A DNA stretch of 64,000 nt from an uncultured delta proteobacterium (GTDB lineage Bacteria > Myxococcota > Kuafuiibacteriia > Kuafuiibacteriales > Kuafuiibacteriaceae): contig CAWDML010000001.1 of the NCBI GenBank assembly GCA_963803435.1, positions 2,560,001-2,624,000 on the forward strand, in the 5' to 3' direction. Of the stretch, positions 1 to 10,400 are shown piece after piece. Position 1 is the stretch's first letter; every line of letters starts with the position of its first letter. The notes under the pieces were generated by a model. It saw only the letters and a program-made list of their open reading frames with translations. It did no database searches and was not told the origin of the DNA. The position numbers were made by a program, and so were the translations under genes.

Positions 1-180
1 CAACAGGATCCCCGAGAAGCGCTCGGTCGACATCCAGTTGGCGTCGAACGCGTACGACTCGAGCGCGTCGTTGGTCTCGCCGATCCGGCACTCCGGACGA
101 TCGAAGTCGGCCTCGACCGAGGCGGTGCCGGACTTGGAGACGCCGCACGCCGCGGGCGCCAGGAGAAGGGCGATCAGGAC
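1..180 (-). CDS. Putative lipoprotein, N-terminal part only (runs off the window edge; start uncertain)
   Basis: My translation of the minus strand gives VLIALLLAPAAC-GVSKSGTASVEADFDRPEC..., a hydrophobic stretch plus lipobox, directly after the M16 stop. Confidence 0.5.
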
Positions 181-184
181 GGGC

Positions 185-2755
185 TCAACGCGTCGGCGAG
201 ACGATCGAGCGGACCGCCGCGTCCAGGTCGATGATCGAGCGGGCGACCCTTCGAACGTCGGCGGCGCTGACGGCGACGATGCGCTCCGCATACTTCGCGT
301 GATCATCATAGCCGATACCATAGGCCTCGTTGAGCGCCATATTGCTGCAGCGCGCGCTCGCACGCTGCAGCCCGATTCCGCGCGACCCGATCAAGTATCT
401 ACGCGCGCGTGCGAGCTCCGCCTCGGTCACCTCCTCCTCGAGCATCTTGGTGAGCTCGGCCCGGATGCCCCGCTCGGCGGTGTCGAGCTTCTCCGGTGAC
501 GTCCCGATGTAGACAGCGAAGTAGCCCGGGTCGAGCCCCTCCAGGCTGAACGCACCCACCGAGTAGGCCAGCGACTGCTTGTCGCGCAGCTCCAGGAACA
601 GCCGCCCCGACTGGCCGCCCAGGACGCTGGACAGGACGTCGAGCACGTAGCGCCGCGGGTCGTCGAGCGTCACCCCGAGGAAGCCGAGGATCAGGTGCGC
701 CTGCTCCTTCTCGCGGACCGTGGTGGCATAGCGGGGGCCGTTCGGTACCTCGGGCCGCCGCGGTGTGGGCCGGAGCGGGGCGTCCGGATGGGCGACCGCG
801 TGACCGATGCGATCGGTGACCATGTCGACGGTCCGCGGCACGTCGACCGCGCCGACGATCGCGATCGTGAGCTGGTCGGGACGGAGCTGGGTCCGGTAGG
901 CGTCCACGACGTCGTCGCGTACCAGCGCCGACACGTTCTCCTTGGTCCCGAGGGTCGGCATCCCGTACGGATGATCGCCGTAGATCGTCGCGCCCAGCTG
1001 CTCGAACGCCACCGCGCTGAGGTTGTCCTGCCGCGACAGGATGTCCTCGATCTGGCTCTTCTTCTCCTTGTCGATCTCCTTCTGGTCGAAGGTCGGCTCC
1101 AGGAGGCAGGACGCGAAGAGCTCGAACCCGCGCTCCCACGACTCCTGGAGGAAGTCGCCGCGCAGCCCCAGCGAGTTGCGACCGGAGAGGCCCGCGATCC
1201 CGCCGGCCATCGCGTCGGTCTCGTCGACGATCTGCTCGGCGGTGTACCGATTGGTACCGCGCACCATCAGCTCGCCCACCAAGTGGCTCACGCCGTTCGT
1301 CCGCGGCATCTCCGCCAGGAGTCCGCCCTTCGAGACCGCGCGGATGCTGACGCGCGGCACCGAGGCATCCTCGTTGACCAGCAGCGTGGCGCCGTTCGGG
1401 AGCGTCACCTTCGCCACCTGGAGCGCGCCCAAGCGGATCCGATCGGGAGCGTGCTCCTTCTCCAGCTCGGCGATCACCTTCTCGGTCATCGCCATCACGC
1501 GCTCCTTGCCCATCGCGTTCTCGTGCGCGAGCGGGAGGAGGGTCGCCACGCTGAGCGCCTTCGGCGAGAGGTACTTCCTCGCCACCTCCCGCACCTGATC
1601 TGGGGTCACCTTGCGGATCGCGTCGTAGTACTTGTCCTCGAAGTCCGTGCCGCCAGCGACCAGCTCGAAGTAGCCGAGCTTGCGCGCGATCCCCTCGACG
1701 GTCTCCTTCTGATAGATGGCGTCGGAGAGGATGATCGTCTGCGCCTTCTCGACCTCGGCCGCCGTGGGCGCCTCGTAGCGGAGGCGCAGCGTCTCCTTCA
1801 TCAGCGACTCGTAGGCCTCCTCGATCTTCTCGCCCTGGATCTGGGCGCCGATCACCAGCAGGCCCGGATCTTGAGGTGTGTACGAGAACGCGTAGCAGTC
1901 GGCCACCAGCTCCTGCTCGCGCTTCACGCGGCGGTAGAGGCGCGAGCTCTCGCCGGTGCCGAGCAAAACGCTGAGGATGTCGAGCGCCGGCGTGTCCGCG
2001 TCCTTCAGCGAGGTCCCGTGCCACGCCACCCCGAGGTAGGTCTCCTGGATGTCCTGCGTGCGCGTGACCGCCCGGAGCTCCGACTGCACCGGCTCGATCG
2101 AGCGCTGCCGCCCCTGGAGGTCGCCGGCGTTGAGGCTGGCCTCGAAGAGGCGCTCCGCCTTCTCCATCACCTCCTCGGCGTTCACGTCGCCGGTGACGAC
2201 CAGGCACATGTTCCGCGGCTGGTACCAGCGGCGATAGAACGCGAGGATCCGATCGCGCGTGAAGCTCTTGACGCTGTCGACGTAGCCGATCACCGGCCGC
2301 CGGTAGGGATGGCCGGTGTAGGTGGTCTCGAACAGCATCTCGCTGGCCACGCGCGAGGGCGTGTCGTTGCCGCGGCGGAGCTCCTCCAGCACGACCTCGA
2401 GCTCGCGAGAGAGCTCCTCGGCGTCGAACGTGGAGTGCTGGACGGCGTCGGAGAGGATGTCGAGCGCGACGTCGAGCTCGCGGCTCGCGATCGTCACGTG
2501 ATAGACGGTCTGGTCGTAGCTGGTCCAGGCGTTGATCTCTCCGCCGGCCGCCTCGATGTCCGCCGCGATCTCGCCGACCTTTCGGCGCTCGGTGCCCTTG
2601 AAGAGCATGTGCTCATGCACATGGGCGAGGCCGAACTCTGCCTCCCGCTCGTCCGCAGAGCCGACGCGCACCCAGACCTGCGCAGCGACCACCTTGGCGG
2701 CGTGATTCTCGTCGACGATGACCTTGAGACCGTTCCTCAGCGTTCTCTGAAGCAT
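185..2755 (-). CDS. M16 family zinc peptidase (insulinase/pitrilysin, fused two-module form)
   Basis: HxxEH motif (AHVHEHMLFKGT), NAWTSYDQT, a second degenerate M16 module, SGRLFLELRDKQSLAY. Confidence 0.93.
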   Translation of the reverse strand: MLQRTLRNGLKVIVDENHAAKVVAAQVWVRVGSADEREAEFGLAHVHEHMLFKGTERRKVGEIAADIEAAGGEINAWTSYDQTVYHVTIASRELDVALDILSDAVQHSTFDAEELSRELEVVLEELRRGNDTPSRVASEMLFETTYTGHPYRRPVIGYVDSVKSFTRDRILAFYRRWYQPRNMCLVVTGDVNAEEVMEKAERLFEASLNAGDLQGRQRSIEPVQSELRAVTRTQDIQETYLGVAWHGTSLKDADTPALDILSVLLGTGESSRLYRRVKREQELVADCYAFSYTPQDPGLLVIGAQIQGEKIEEAYESLMKETLRLRYEAPTAAEVEKAQTIILSDAIYQKETVEGIARKLGYFELVAGGTDFEDKYYDAIRKVTPDQVREVARKYLSPKALSVATLLPLAHENAMGKERVMAMTEKVIAELEKEHAPDRIRLGALQVAKVTLPNGATLLVNEDASVPRVSIRAVSKGGLLAEMPRTNGVSHLVGELMVRGTNRYTAEQIVDETDAMAGGIAGLSGRNSLGLRGDFLQESWERGFELFASCLLEPTFDQKEIDKEKKSQIEDILSRQDNLSAVAFEQLGATIYGDHPYGMPTLGTKENVSALVRDDVVDAYRTQLRPDQLTIAIVGAVDVPRTVDMVTDRIGHAVAHPDAPLRPTPRRPEVPNGPRYATTVREKEQAHLILGFLGVTLDDPRRYVLDVLSSVLGGQSGRLFLELRDKQSLAYSVGAFSLEGLDPGYFAVYIGTSPEKLDTAERGIRAELTKMLEEEVTEAELARARRYLIGSRGIGLQRASARCSNMALNEAYGIGYDDHAKYAERIVAVSAADVRRVARSIIDLDAAVRSIVSPTR

Positions 2756-2804
2756 GAGGGGCCCATCGAGTCAGCGGGCCGACCCCGCGTCAAGTCCGTT
2801 GTGC

Positions 2805-4142
2805 TCACCTTTTCAGCACCCGCCCGCCGCACCGCCCAGGGTCCGCCGCCGACAGCGGCGCCTCGGCCTTTTGCGCGCGGCCGTACGGGCTCACGTCGAC
2901 CTCGACCCGATCCCAGGCCCCGGGGTGGGACAGCAACTTCTTCAGGTCGGCGGCGCAGGTCGCCAGGATCCGATCGCGCGCCGCGCGTGCCGTGCCGGAC
3001 CGCCCCAGCCGGGCCAGCGCCAGATCGATCGGAAGCGACAGCGTCGGATCGGCGGTGCGCACGGCTTCGAGGCCGGTGACGCCCAGGCCGCCCTCGGCAT
3101 CTCGCACGGCGGAGAGGATCGCCTCGCGACGCCGGCGCGCCTTGTCCAGCTTCTCGCGCTCCTGCCGGTGGCCCTTCGACCGCGCTTCCAGGGCCGGGAC
3201 CTCCCGCGCGCGCTTCCGCTCCACGTCGATCCGGGCGAGCAGCCCGAACGGATCGATCTCGAGCGGGCGGCGCCGCAACAGCTCTTCTGCGAACGCGGCC
3301 GCCCGATCGTACGCGCGGGTGGCCAGCAGCGCCTCCGCGACCAGGCGCACCGCGTCGTCCGACTTCGGATCGAGGCGGGCAGCCTCCTGCGCGGCGTCGA
3401 GGGCCTCGCTCGGCCGCTGGGCGTCGAGCAGGACCTCCGCGCGCAACCGCTCCATCGACGCGCTCTCGCCCTTCATCTCCGCGAGCTCGCGCTTGGCCTG
3501 GTCCTTCTCGTCGAGCCTCCAGTGCAGGCGCGCCTTCCACTCCGCGTCGTCCGCAAAACGGAGCGCACGCCGCGGATCGATGGGCGCCCAGGCGTCGACC
3601 AGGATCTCGCGCGCGTCGATCGAGTCGGCCAGCGCGATCGCCGCGCTCCGGCGACCCGCGTCGAGGAGCGCGCGCGCGAGCCGTCGCTTCTCCCCCTGCG
3701 GTGCAGACGACGCCACCAGCCGCACCAGCGCGGCCGCCGGATCGGGCGCGAAGGCGTCGTCGAGCGCGCTCGGGGCCCGCGCCAGCGCCCGCACCAGCAG
3801 CGCGTCCGCCTTCGCGCGCGCACCCGACGCTTGGAACGCCAGCGCGCCCAGGAACAGCGCGCCGGCCGGCGCGTCCGGAGACTCGGCCGCCTTCGCCAGC
3901 ACCTCACGGGCTCGCCCGATCCCGCCCGGACCGTCGAGCTCCGCCATCGCCCGATACACGGCCAGCTCGACCGAACCGTCGAGCGCGAGCCGCGCCGAGC
4001 TCCGTCGCCCCTCCACGAGATCGATCAGGCCCTGCGCGACCCGCTCGCGCTCGGGAGGGAGCTCGGACCGCTCGAGCGCGCCCGCGGCGGCGGTCACCAG
4101 CGCCGCGTCGGGCGTCGCCGCGAGGAGCAGGAGAGGGAGCAC
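2805..4142 (-). CDS. Exported TPR-repeat protein
   Basis: Short hydrophobic N-terminus and TPR-like helices (EALDAAQEAARLDPKS, AAAFAEELLRRRP). Confidence 0.65.
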   Translation of the reverse strand: MLPLLLLAATPDAALVTAAAGALERSELPPERERVAQGLIDLVEGRRSSARLALDGSVELAVYRAMAELDGPGGIGRAREVLAKAAESPDAPAGALFLGALAFQASGARAKADALLVRALARAPSALDDAFAPDPAAALVRLVASSAPQGEKRRLARALLDAGRRSAAIALADSIDAREILVDAWAPIDPRRALRFADDAEWKARLHWRLDEKDQAKRELAEMKGESASMERLRAEVLLDAQRPSEALDAAQEAARLDPKSDDAVRLVAEALLATRAYDRAAAFAEELLRRRPLEIDPFGLLARIDVERKRAREVPALEARSKGHRQEREKLDKARRRREAILSAVRDAEGGLGVTGLEAVRTADPTLSLPIDLALARLGRSGTARAARDRILATCAADLKKLLSHPGAWDRVEVDVSPYGRAQKAEAPLSAADPGRCGGRVLKR

Positions 4143-4216
4143 GCTTCGAGCGTACCAGAGCGCTCGACGCGCGACTCTTCCTCTGTGACTTCGTCCGGCC
4201 GGTTCTAACTGTCTAA

Positions 4217-4515
4217 GAGCCGGTCCAGAAACCGTTCCGTTCGCAGTTTGCTGTTTCGTCGTTCTGTCATTCGCTGTTCGATCCGGCGATGAAGGGCGAT
4301 GACATCGCAGAACGACTGCTCAAGTTTGCGAAGCGTGTACTTCGGGTTTGCCGCGAGTTCCCAAACGACTTTGCCGGCAAGCACGTTGTCCGACAGCTGA
4401 TCCGGTGTTCATCCGGAGGTGGTGCGAATGACGAGGAAGCGCGTGGCCGCGAGAGCCTTGCCGACTTCATCCACAAGATGGCGGTCGCTCGCAAGGAGAT
4501 CCGCGAGTCGCAAGG
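4217..4515 (+). mobile_element. Right-end relic of an IS5-family element carrying a truncated four-helix-bundle gene
   Basis: Starts with TIR GAGCCGGTCC after CTAA; 4257-4497 is near-identical to the reverse complement of ~46100-46340; the first ~30 nt match the IS end at 54955. Confidence 0.75.
4289..4515 (+). pseudogene. Four helix bundle protein (TIGR02436 / 23S rRNA IVS protein / Avd-like), 3'-truncated
   Basis: ERLLKFAKRVLRVC...RQLIRCSSGGGANDEEA..ESLADFIHKMAVARKEIRES matches the family signature; homology stops after ...ESQG. Confidence 0.75.
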
Positions 4516-4541
4516 TTTGAGCTTCCGGCTCCCCCTAGTTA

Positions 4542-4803
4542 GAGCCGGTTCGAAAACCTCCGGACCGTTCCGCGTTTCCTGTTTCGCTCGTTCTGCTTAT
4601 TCGCTATTCAAAGCGGCCGTTGTTGCATCGTGCTCGATCGAGTGTTCTGCAGAGTCGATGCAGGCAAGATTCGCAAGTCTTCCGGACGCCCTGTGGAAAC
4701 GCACTCCCCCAAAGCGCATCGAGCGATCCGTCTCCATGAACAGCGAATGCCAGGACGCCGAAACACGGGACGGCGAACGATTCGGGGGGTTTCGGACCGG
4801 TTC
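4542..4803 (+). mobile_element. 262-bp MITE-like internal deletion derivative of the IS5 element
   Basis: TIRs GAGCCGGTTCGAAAACC / GGTTTCGGACCGGTTC, TA on both flanks; 4542-4703 nearly identical to IS left end 45073-45234, including the transposase start MQARFASLPDALWKR. Confidence 0.85.
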
Positions 4804-5621
4804 TAAGGCGCCACCCGCAGGTGGGCGAACAGCCCCAGGTGATCCGACGGATAGAGCCCGTTCGGAGCCGGCTGATCGAACGCCAGGCGGGCGTCGAGGA
4901 CCTCGATCGGGCCGCGCACCAGGATGTAGTCGATGCGTTGCTTCGTCGTCTGCGCGACGGTCGCGCTCTTCACCAGCCGGATCGGCGAGGTGAAGCCGGC
5001 GTCCTCGCCGGCGTCGCGGAAGCCTGCGGCGATCGCGGCCGCGTAGGTCTCGGAGGTCGGCGTCGAGTTGAGATCACCGGTGAGGATCACCGGGCCGGCT
5101 TCGGCCGCGATCGCGTCGAGGATCGCCTGCATCTGCGGGCGCCGGACCTCGTCGCCGCCGGTGTTGTGCAGATGCGTGTCCACGAACAGGAGCTCGGGGC
5201 CCTCCACGTCGGGATCCAGATCGATCCGATCGAGGATCGCCGGCCGCCCATACTGGAGATCGATCATCGACTGCGACGCGATGGGCCTGCGGCTGAACAG
5301 CGCGATACCCTCGCCGGAGAACACGGCCAGCCCGGTCTTGAGCTCCTGATGGAACGCGTACTCGAGCCCGGCATCGCGGGCCATCCGATCGATGAGCTCC
5401 GCCTGCTCCGCTCCGATCTCCACCTCCTGCGTGCCGATCAGATCGGGCGACAGCGACGCGATCTCGGACCCGATCAGCGCGAAGCGATCCTCCCAGCAAT
5501 CGACGTTGTGGCGGAGGTTGATCGTCGCCACCGAGAGATCGATCGGCGGTCGCTCACCCTCGCCGCAGGCGGCGAAGAGGAGCAGGAGGAGGCGGATCGA
5601 TGCGGGCCTCAACCGCGACAC
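4803..5621 (-). CDS. Endonuclease/exonuclease/phosphatase (EEP) family lipoprotein
   Basis: Lipobox LFAAC; motifs VATIN, DLIGTQE, THL, TGDLN, RIDYI, SDH. Confidence 0.92.
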   Translation of the reverse strand: MSRLRPASIRLLLLLFAACGEGERPPIDLSVATINLRHNVDCWEDRFALIGSEIASLSPDLIGTQEVEIGAEQAELIDRMARDAGLEYAFHQELKTGLAVFSGEGIALFSRRPIASQSMIDLQYGRPAILDRIDLDPDVEGPELLFVDTHLHNTGGDEVRRPQMQAILDAIAAEAGPVILTGDLNSTPTSETYAAAIAAGFRDAGEDAGFTSPIRLVKSATVAQTTKQRIDYILVRGPIEVLDARLAFDQPAPNGLYPSDHLGLFAHLRVAP

Positions 5622-5724
5622 TGTAGCAGCGGCGGCGGGCGCTGACCCTCGCCAGACGGCCGAGAGGCCGCGGGTCCACAGGGCTTTTGCAGCCGGTTGG
5701 GGCTCCAGTAGACTTCCGGATCGC

Positions 5725-7404
5725 GTGCGTCGCGCGGCTTCACTGCTCGGTTTGGCTCTGGTCGCCTGCGCGGTCGAACCGAGCTACGAGGGTCGCCTCT
5801 GCGACGAGACGCGCACCTGTCCGAACGGCTACGAGTGCGGCACCGACGGCACTTGCCACGTGCAAGGTGGCCTGCAGTCGGACGGCGGCCCGAAGGGCGA
5901 CGCGGCGGCCGGCTTGGACGCGAGCGCAGACGCATCATCGAAGGACTCGGGCGCCACCGACGCCGCCCAGGACACCGGCCGCGACGCCGGCACGCCCGAC
6001 GCCGCGCCGGTCGACGCCGGTCCCCCGGTGGTCTCGCTCCGGATCACGCCCAGCTCGGTGTCACTGGCCGCCGGGTTCACCGCCCAGCTGGCGGCCGAGG
6101 CGACGTTCTCCGATCAGAGCACCGCCGACGTCAGCGGCGCGGTGGCGTGGACCATCGTCGATCCGAGCGTCGCGACCATCGACGCCGCCGGTCTCCTCCA
6201 GACGCTCGTCCCCGGCACCACGATCGTGAACGCAGCGCTCGGCGGCGTCACGGGGAGCGCAGCGCTCAACGTCTCCGATCCGATCGTCGTGGAGGTCGAG
6301 ACCTGGAACAAGCACAACCTGGTGGTAAAGTCGGACGGCACCGTCTGGGGCTGGGGCTGGAACCAGCACCGCGAGATCGACCCGATCGCCGAGGATCAGA
6401 TCACCGCTCCGGTGAAGCTCGCCATCAGCGACGTGGCCTGGGCCCGCGCCGGAGGCACCTTCAGCATCGCCGTCAAGCGCGACGGCACCGTCTGGGCCTG
6501 GGGCGGCAACGGGAGCGGCCAGCTCGGCCTCGGCCGCGTGGGCCCCGCCGCCGTCGCGACCCCGACCCGCCTTTCGCTCTCGAACGTGCGCGACATCCGC
6601 TGCGGCTACGACTTCGCGCTGGCCTTGATGACCGACGGCACCGTGCGCTCGTGGGGCGCGAACTCCTTCGGAAGCCTGGGCCTGGGCGGCGCCACCAACA
6701 CGGTGACCGCGACCCCCACCGCGATCCCCAACCTCGCCGGAGTCACCGCGATCGCGGCCGGCACCTACCACGGCGCCGCGATCATTGGCGGCGGCGCGGT
6801 GGCGGCGTGGGGCTACAATGCCTACGGCCAGCTCGGTCACGGCGTCATCGGCACCGACCTCAACACGCCCGGCGCGGTCGTCGGCATCGGTGGTGCAGGT
6901 CAGCTCGGAAACGTCGCCGCGATCGACGCCGGCTGGGGCCACACGATGGCGCTGACCTCGGACGGGCGCGCCCTCGCCTGGGGCTGGAACGCGTACGGTC
7001 AGCTCGGCGACCTGGGCACCACCGATCGCATCGCGCCCGCGGCCGTCTCGATCGCCGGAGGCGCCGCGCTCACCGGCATCACCCGCATCGCCGCCGGGTT
7101 CGCGCACTCGCTGGCCCTGGGCGCCGACGGCCGGTTGATGTCGTGGGGCAACAACCTCTTCGGTCAGCTCGGCGCCGGCACGACGGATCCGTCGCGCTCG
7201 TACGCCGCACCCGTCTTGTCGGCGCCTGGGGGGCTGCCCTTCGCCGGCAGCGCGGGCTTCGCAGGCGGCGGCGACCACGCGATCGTGCGGACCGACTCCG
7301 ATGAGGTGTGGGCGTTCGGAAGCAACGTCAACGCCGAGCTCGGCAACGGCACGTTCGGCATGGGCATGTTCGTCCTCACGCCGGTCCCGATCGTCGGCCT
7401 TTGA
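5725..7404 (+). CDS. Lipoprotein with Cys-rich module, Asp/Ala linker, Ig-like (Big_2) domain and RCC1/BLIP-II beta-propeller
   Basis: GTG start, lipobox ALVAC, CDETRTCPNGYECGTDGTC, DAG linker, ~7 repeats of DGTVWAWGxNxxGQLG. Confidence 0.9.
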   Translation: MRRAASLLGLALVACAVEPSYEGRLCDETRTCPNGYECGTDGTCHVQGGLQSDGGPKGDAAAGLDASADASSKDSGATDAAQDTGRDAGTPDAAPVDAGPPVVSLRITPSSVSLAAGFTAQLAAEATFSDQSTADVSGAVAWTIVDPSVATIDAAGLLQTLVPGTTIVNAALGGVTGSAALNVSDPIVVEVETWNKHNLVVKSDGTVWGWGWNQHREIDPIAEDQITAPVKLAISDVAWARAGGTFSIAVKRDGTVWAWGGNGSGQLGLGRVGPAAVATPTRLSLSNVRDIRCGYDFALALMTDGTVRSWGANSFGSLGLGGATNTVTATPTAIPNLAGVTAIAAGTYHGAAIIGGGAVAAWGYNAYGQLGHGVIGTDLNTPGAVVGIGGAGQLGNVAAIDAGWGHTMALTSDGRALAWGWNAYGQLGDLGTTDRIAPAAVSIAGGAALTGITRIAAGFAHSLALGADGRLMSWGNNLFGQLGAGTTDPSRSYAAPVLSAPGGLPFAGSAGFAGGGDHAIVRTDSDEVWAFGSNVNAELGNGTFGMGMFVLTPVPIVGL

Positions 7405-7415
7405 GCCCGGCGGCG

Positions 7416-10400
7416 TCAGCTCCGGCGACGCGAGCGCCGGCGTCGCTTCTTGCCCTTGTGCGCCTTCCTGCCGGACTTCTTCTTGCCCCTCTTCGCGATC
7501 TGCTTCCGGTACACCGACAGCTTCTTGCCCTTGGCGGCCAGGAACTTGTGATACGCGCGGTACTTCTTGCCGAGCGGTGCGCCCTCGTCGAGCAGGGACT
7601 GCATGCGATCCGCCTGGTCCGTCGCCGCGGTGAGCGTCTCCTCGTCCGCGCCCTTCTTGAGCGCGGCCATCGACTTCGCGAGCTCGGCGGAGGCGGCCTT
7701 GAGCTGGTCCCGATTCGACCCCACCTCCGCCTCCATCGTCCGCTTGCGCAGCACGGCCTGCTGGCTCTTCGCGTAGCGGCGCGCCGTCGCCAGGTACTTG
7801 CCGTAGCCCTTGTTCTTCTTCCCGAACGCCTTCCCTTCGGCGATCACCGACTCGAGCCGATCGATCGCCTCCTCCGCCGACGACCCGTCGCCCTCCTCGC
7901 CGAGGGCCTCCTTCACCTGCGCCTTGGCCTGCTCCACGCGCGATCGGTGGTCGCCGAAGACGGCCTCCGCATGGACCTGCGCGATCTTCCCGCGGAGCCT
8001 CTTCGACTCCTTGACCGCCTTGGACCGCAGCCGCTTCAGGCCGCGATCCTTCTTGGCGGGCGTCTTGGTCGCCTCGATGGCCACGCTCAGCGCGTCGAGG
8101 GCGGCGTCGGCCTGCTCGAGATCGCCGCTCTTCACCTTCGCCCGCGCCGACACCTGCGCCAACTCGAGGCGCTTGGTCTCGATCGCGATGCGCTTCCGAC
8201 CGACCTGCTTCTTGCGGGCGACCAGCGTCTTCTTGAGCTTTCGATCCTTCTTCGCGTAGGCGTCGCCATCCCGGAGGACGGACGCCAGCTCCTCGACGGC
8301 GTCCTCGGCCGCCTGAAACGCATCGGTGTCCGGCTCACCGGCGAGCGCGGCGATCTTCTCGTCCGCCGCTCCGCTCGCCGCCGCCAACTTCTCCTGGAAC
8401 CCGGCGCGGCCGAGCGCCAGCTGACCGCCGTGGATCGCTGCGCGTGCCCGCCCCAGCGCCTGGCGCGCGCTCTTCTGGAACTTCGCGTACTTCGGGCTGC
8501 GCTCCGCCAGCGCGTCTCCCTCCTCGAGGGCCGACTCGAGCTCGCCGGCGGCCGACTCGGCGGCTTCGATCGCCTCGGCCGAGAGGTCCTTCAGCGCCCG
8601 CACCTTCTCGGCCAGCGCCGCGCGGGCCTCCTGGACCTTCTTCTCCTGAGGTCCGAACTCCTGCTGGAACTCGGCGTCGTTCAACCGCTTCTCCATCCCC
8701 CGGGCCTCGCCCGACTTCTGCGCCAGGTACTTCGCGAGCCCCTTGTCCTTCTTCGCCGAGCCGGCGCCGGACTTGATCTCCTCCTTCAGCTCCGAGAGCG
8801 CCTCCCGTCCCTGCCGGAGGGCGGCCTCGTCCTCGAGCGACGACATCCGCTCGTTCGCTGTGGCGAGCGCGGTCTCCACCCGCTTCTTCAGACCGTTGAC
8901 CTCCAGGTCGCGCTTCACGCCGGCGATCCGACCTCGGTACGCCTTGGCCTGCTTGTCGGCCGAGGCGACAAAGCGCGCATAGTCCTGATCTTGCTCCTTG
9001 AAGGCCTTGCTGGAGCGGACCGTGTTCTCCAGCAGATGCACCGCGTTCTCCGCCTCCACGAACGCCGCATCCGAGGGCTCGTTCGCCAGCGCCTCGATCA
9101 CGCCCTCGGTCGCGCCCAGCGTGACCGTGAGACGCTTCTTCCGGATCTCACCTCGGTCTTGAGGGATCTCCTTGCCGACCTTTGCAAGATAACCTGCATA
9201 CTCGGGATCGACCGACGCGTACTCCTGCCCGGCGTCCACCGTGTGCTGCAGCGCGGTGATCGCATCCTCCGCGTCCTGATAGGGCGACGAGATCTCCGTC
9301 AGCGCGGCCAGCGCCTTCTCCACGCCCTCGCGGCCCTCCTCCACCTCGCGCTTCTGCTTCGCGACGTCGCCGGCCACCCGGAAGCGGGCGATCGTCGAGC
9401 GCATGCCCGGAATCTTCTTCTTGACCGACGCCAGATACTTGGCGAACGGCGGGCTCTTCTTGGCGGCCGCGCCGCCGTCCTGCAGAGCGGACTCGAGCGA
9501 TGAGACCGTCTCGTCGGCGGCCTGAAACGCGCCGATCTCCGAGGCGCCCGACAGCGATCCCACCGACTCCTGGGCGGACCCGAAGGCCGACTCCACCTTC
9601 GCGCGCTGGGCCTCGACGAGCAGCCCGATCCGCCGGGACTGGATCTTCCGCGGCAGCACGGCGGCCCGCTTCTCCATCGTCGCGAGCCACCGACGCCCCT
9701 CCTTGTTCTTCTCGGACTTCCGCACGCCTTCGAGCGCCTCGCGGGCCTCCTTGGCCGCGGTTTCGGCCGCGTCGATCTCGCCGGATCCCCTCCGGCTTCT
9801 CGAGCGCGTCGATCTTCTCCTCCGCTCGACGGATCGCCCCCTCGACACGCTTCCGGGCCAGCGCCCGCCGCTGCTCGGGCAGGCGCTTCCGGAGCTCCGT
9901 CAGCCGCTTGTCCTTTCCCAGGCTCCCGATCCCCTCCGCGATCGCGGTGCTGAGCGCCTCGAGCGCGCCGGCGGCGGCGTCGAACGCCTCGGGGGCCGCC
10001 TCGTTCTCCAGCGCGGCCATCTTCTCGTCGACCTCGGTGGCCGCAGCGTCGAGCTTCTCGCGCTGCTCGGCACGCTTCACCTCGGTCCGCCGGTTCTCGA
10101 TCCGTCGCCGCGCACCCGCGAGCGTGCGCCCGCCTGCGGCCAGGTACTTCGCGAGCTCGGGGCTCCGCTTGGCGAACGGCTCGCCCTCCTCCAGCGCCGA
10201 GGCCAGCTCCGAGGCGGCCGCCTCCGCCGAAGAGAACGCCTCCTCGCCCGGCTGCCCGGCCAGCGCGCCCAGCGACTCGCCCACCTTCTCTTTCGCCTGA
10301 TCGATGCGCTCCCGGTGCGGCCGCACCTCGTTCTCCAGCCGGCCGCGGTCGATGCGCCGCCGCCAGCCTGCCACCTGCTTCCGCTCGCCGTCGCAGTACG

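Noticed and set aside
4289-4515. Diversity-generating retroelement suggested by Avd-like genes
   Set aside because: No reverse transcriptase and no TR/VR pair with adenine-specific mismatches seen; the duplicated segments are IS copies
9780-9795. Programmed frameshift or phase variation in the giant gene, and likewise at 33561 and 51985
   Set aside because: Single-base indels in short G/C runs occur throughout the contig, so long-read error is more likely; needs reads to settle
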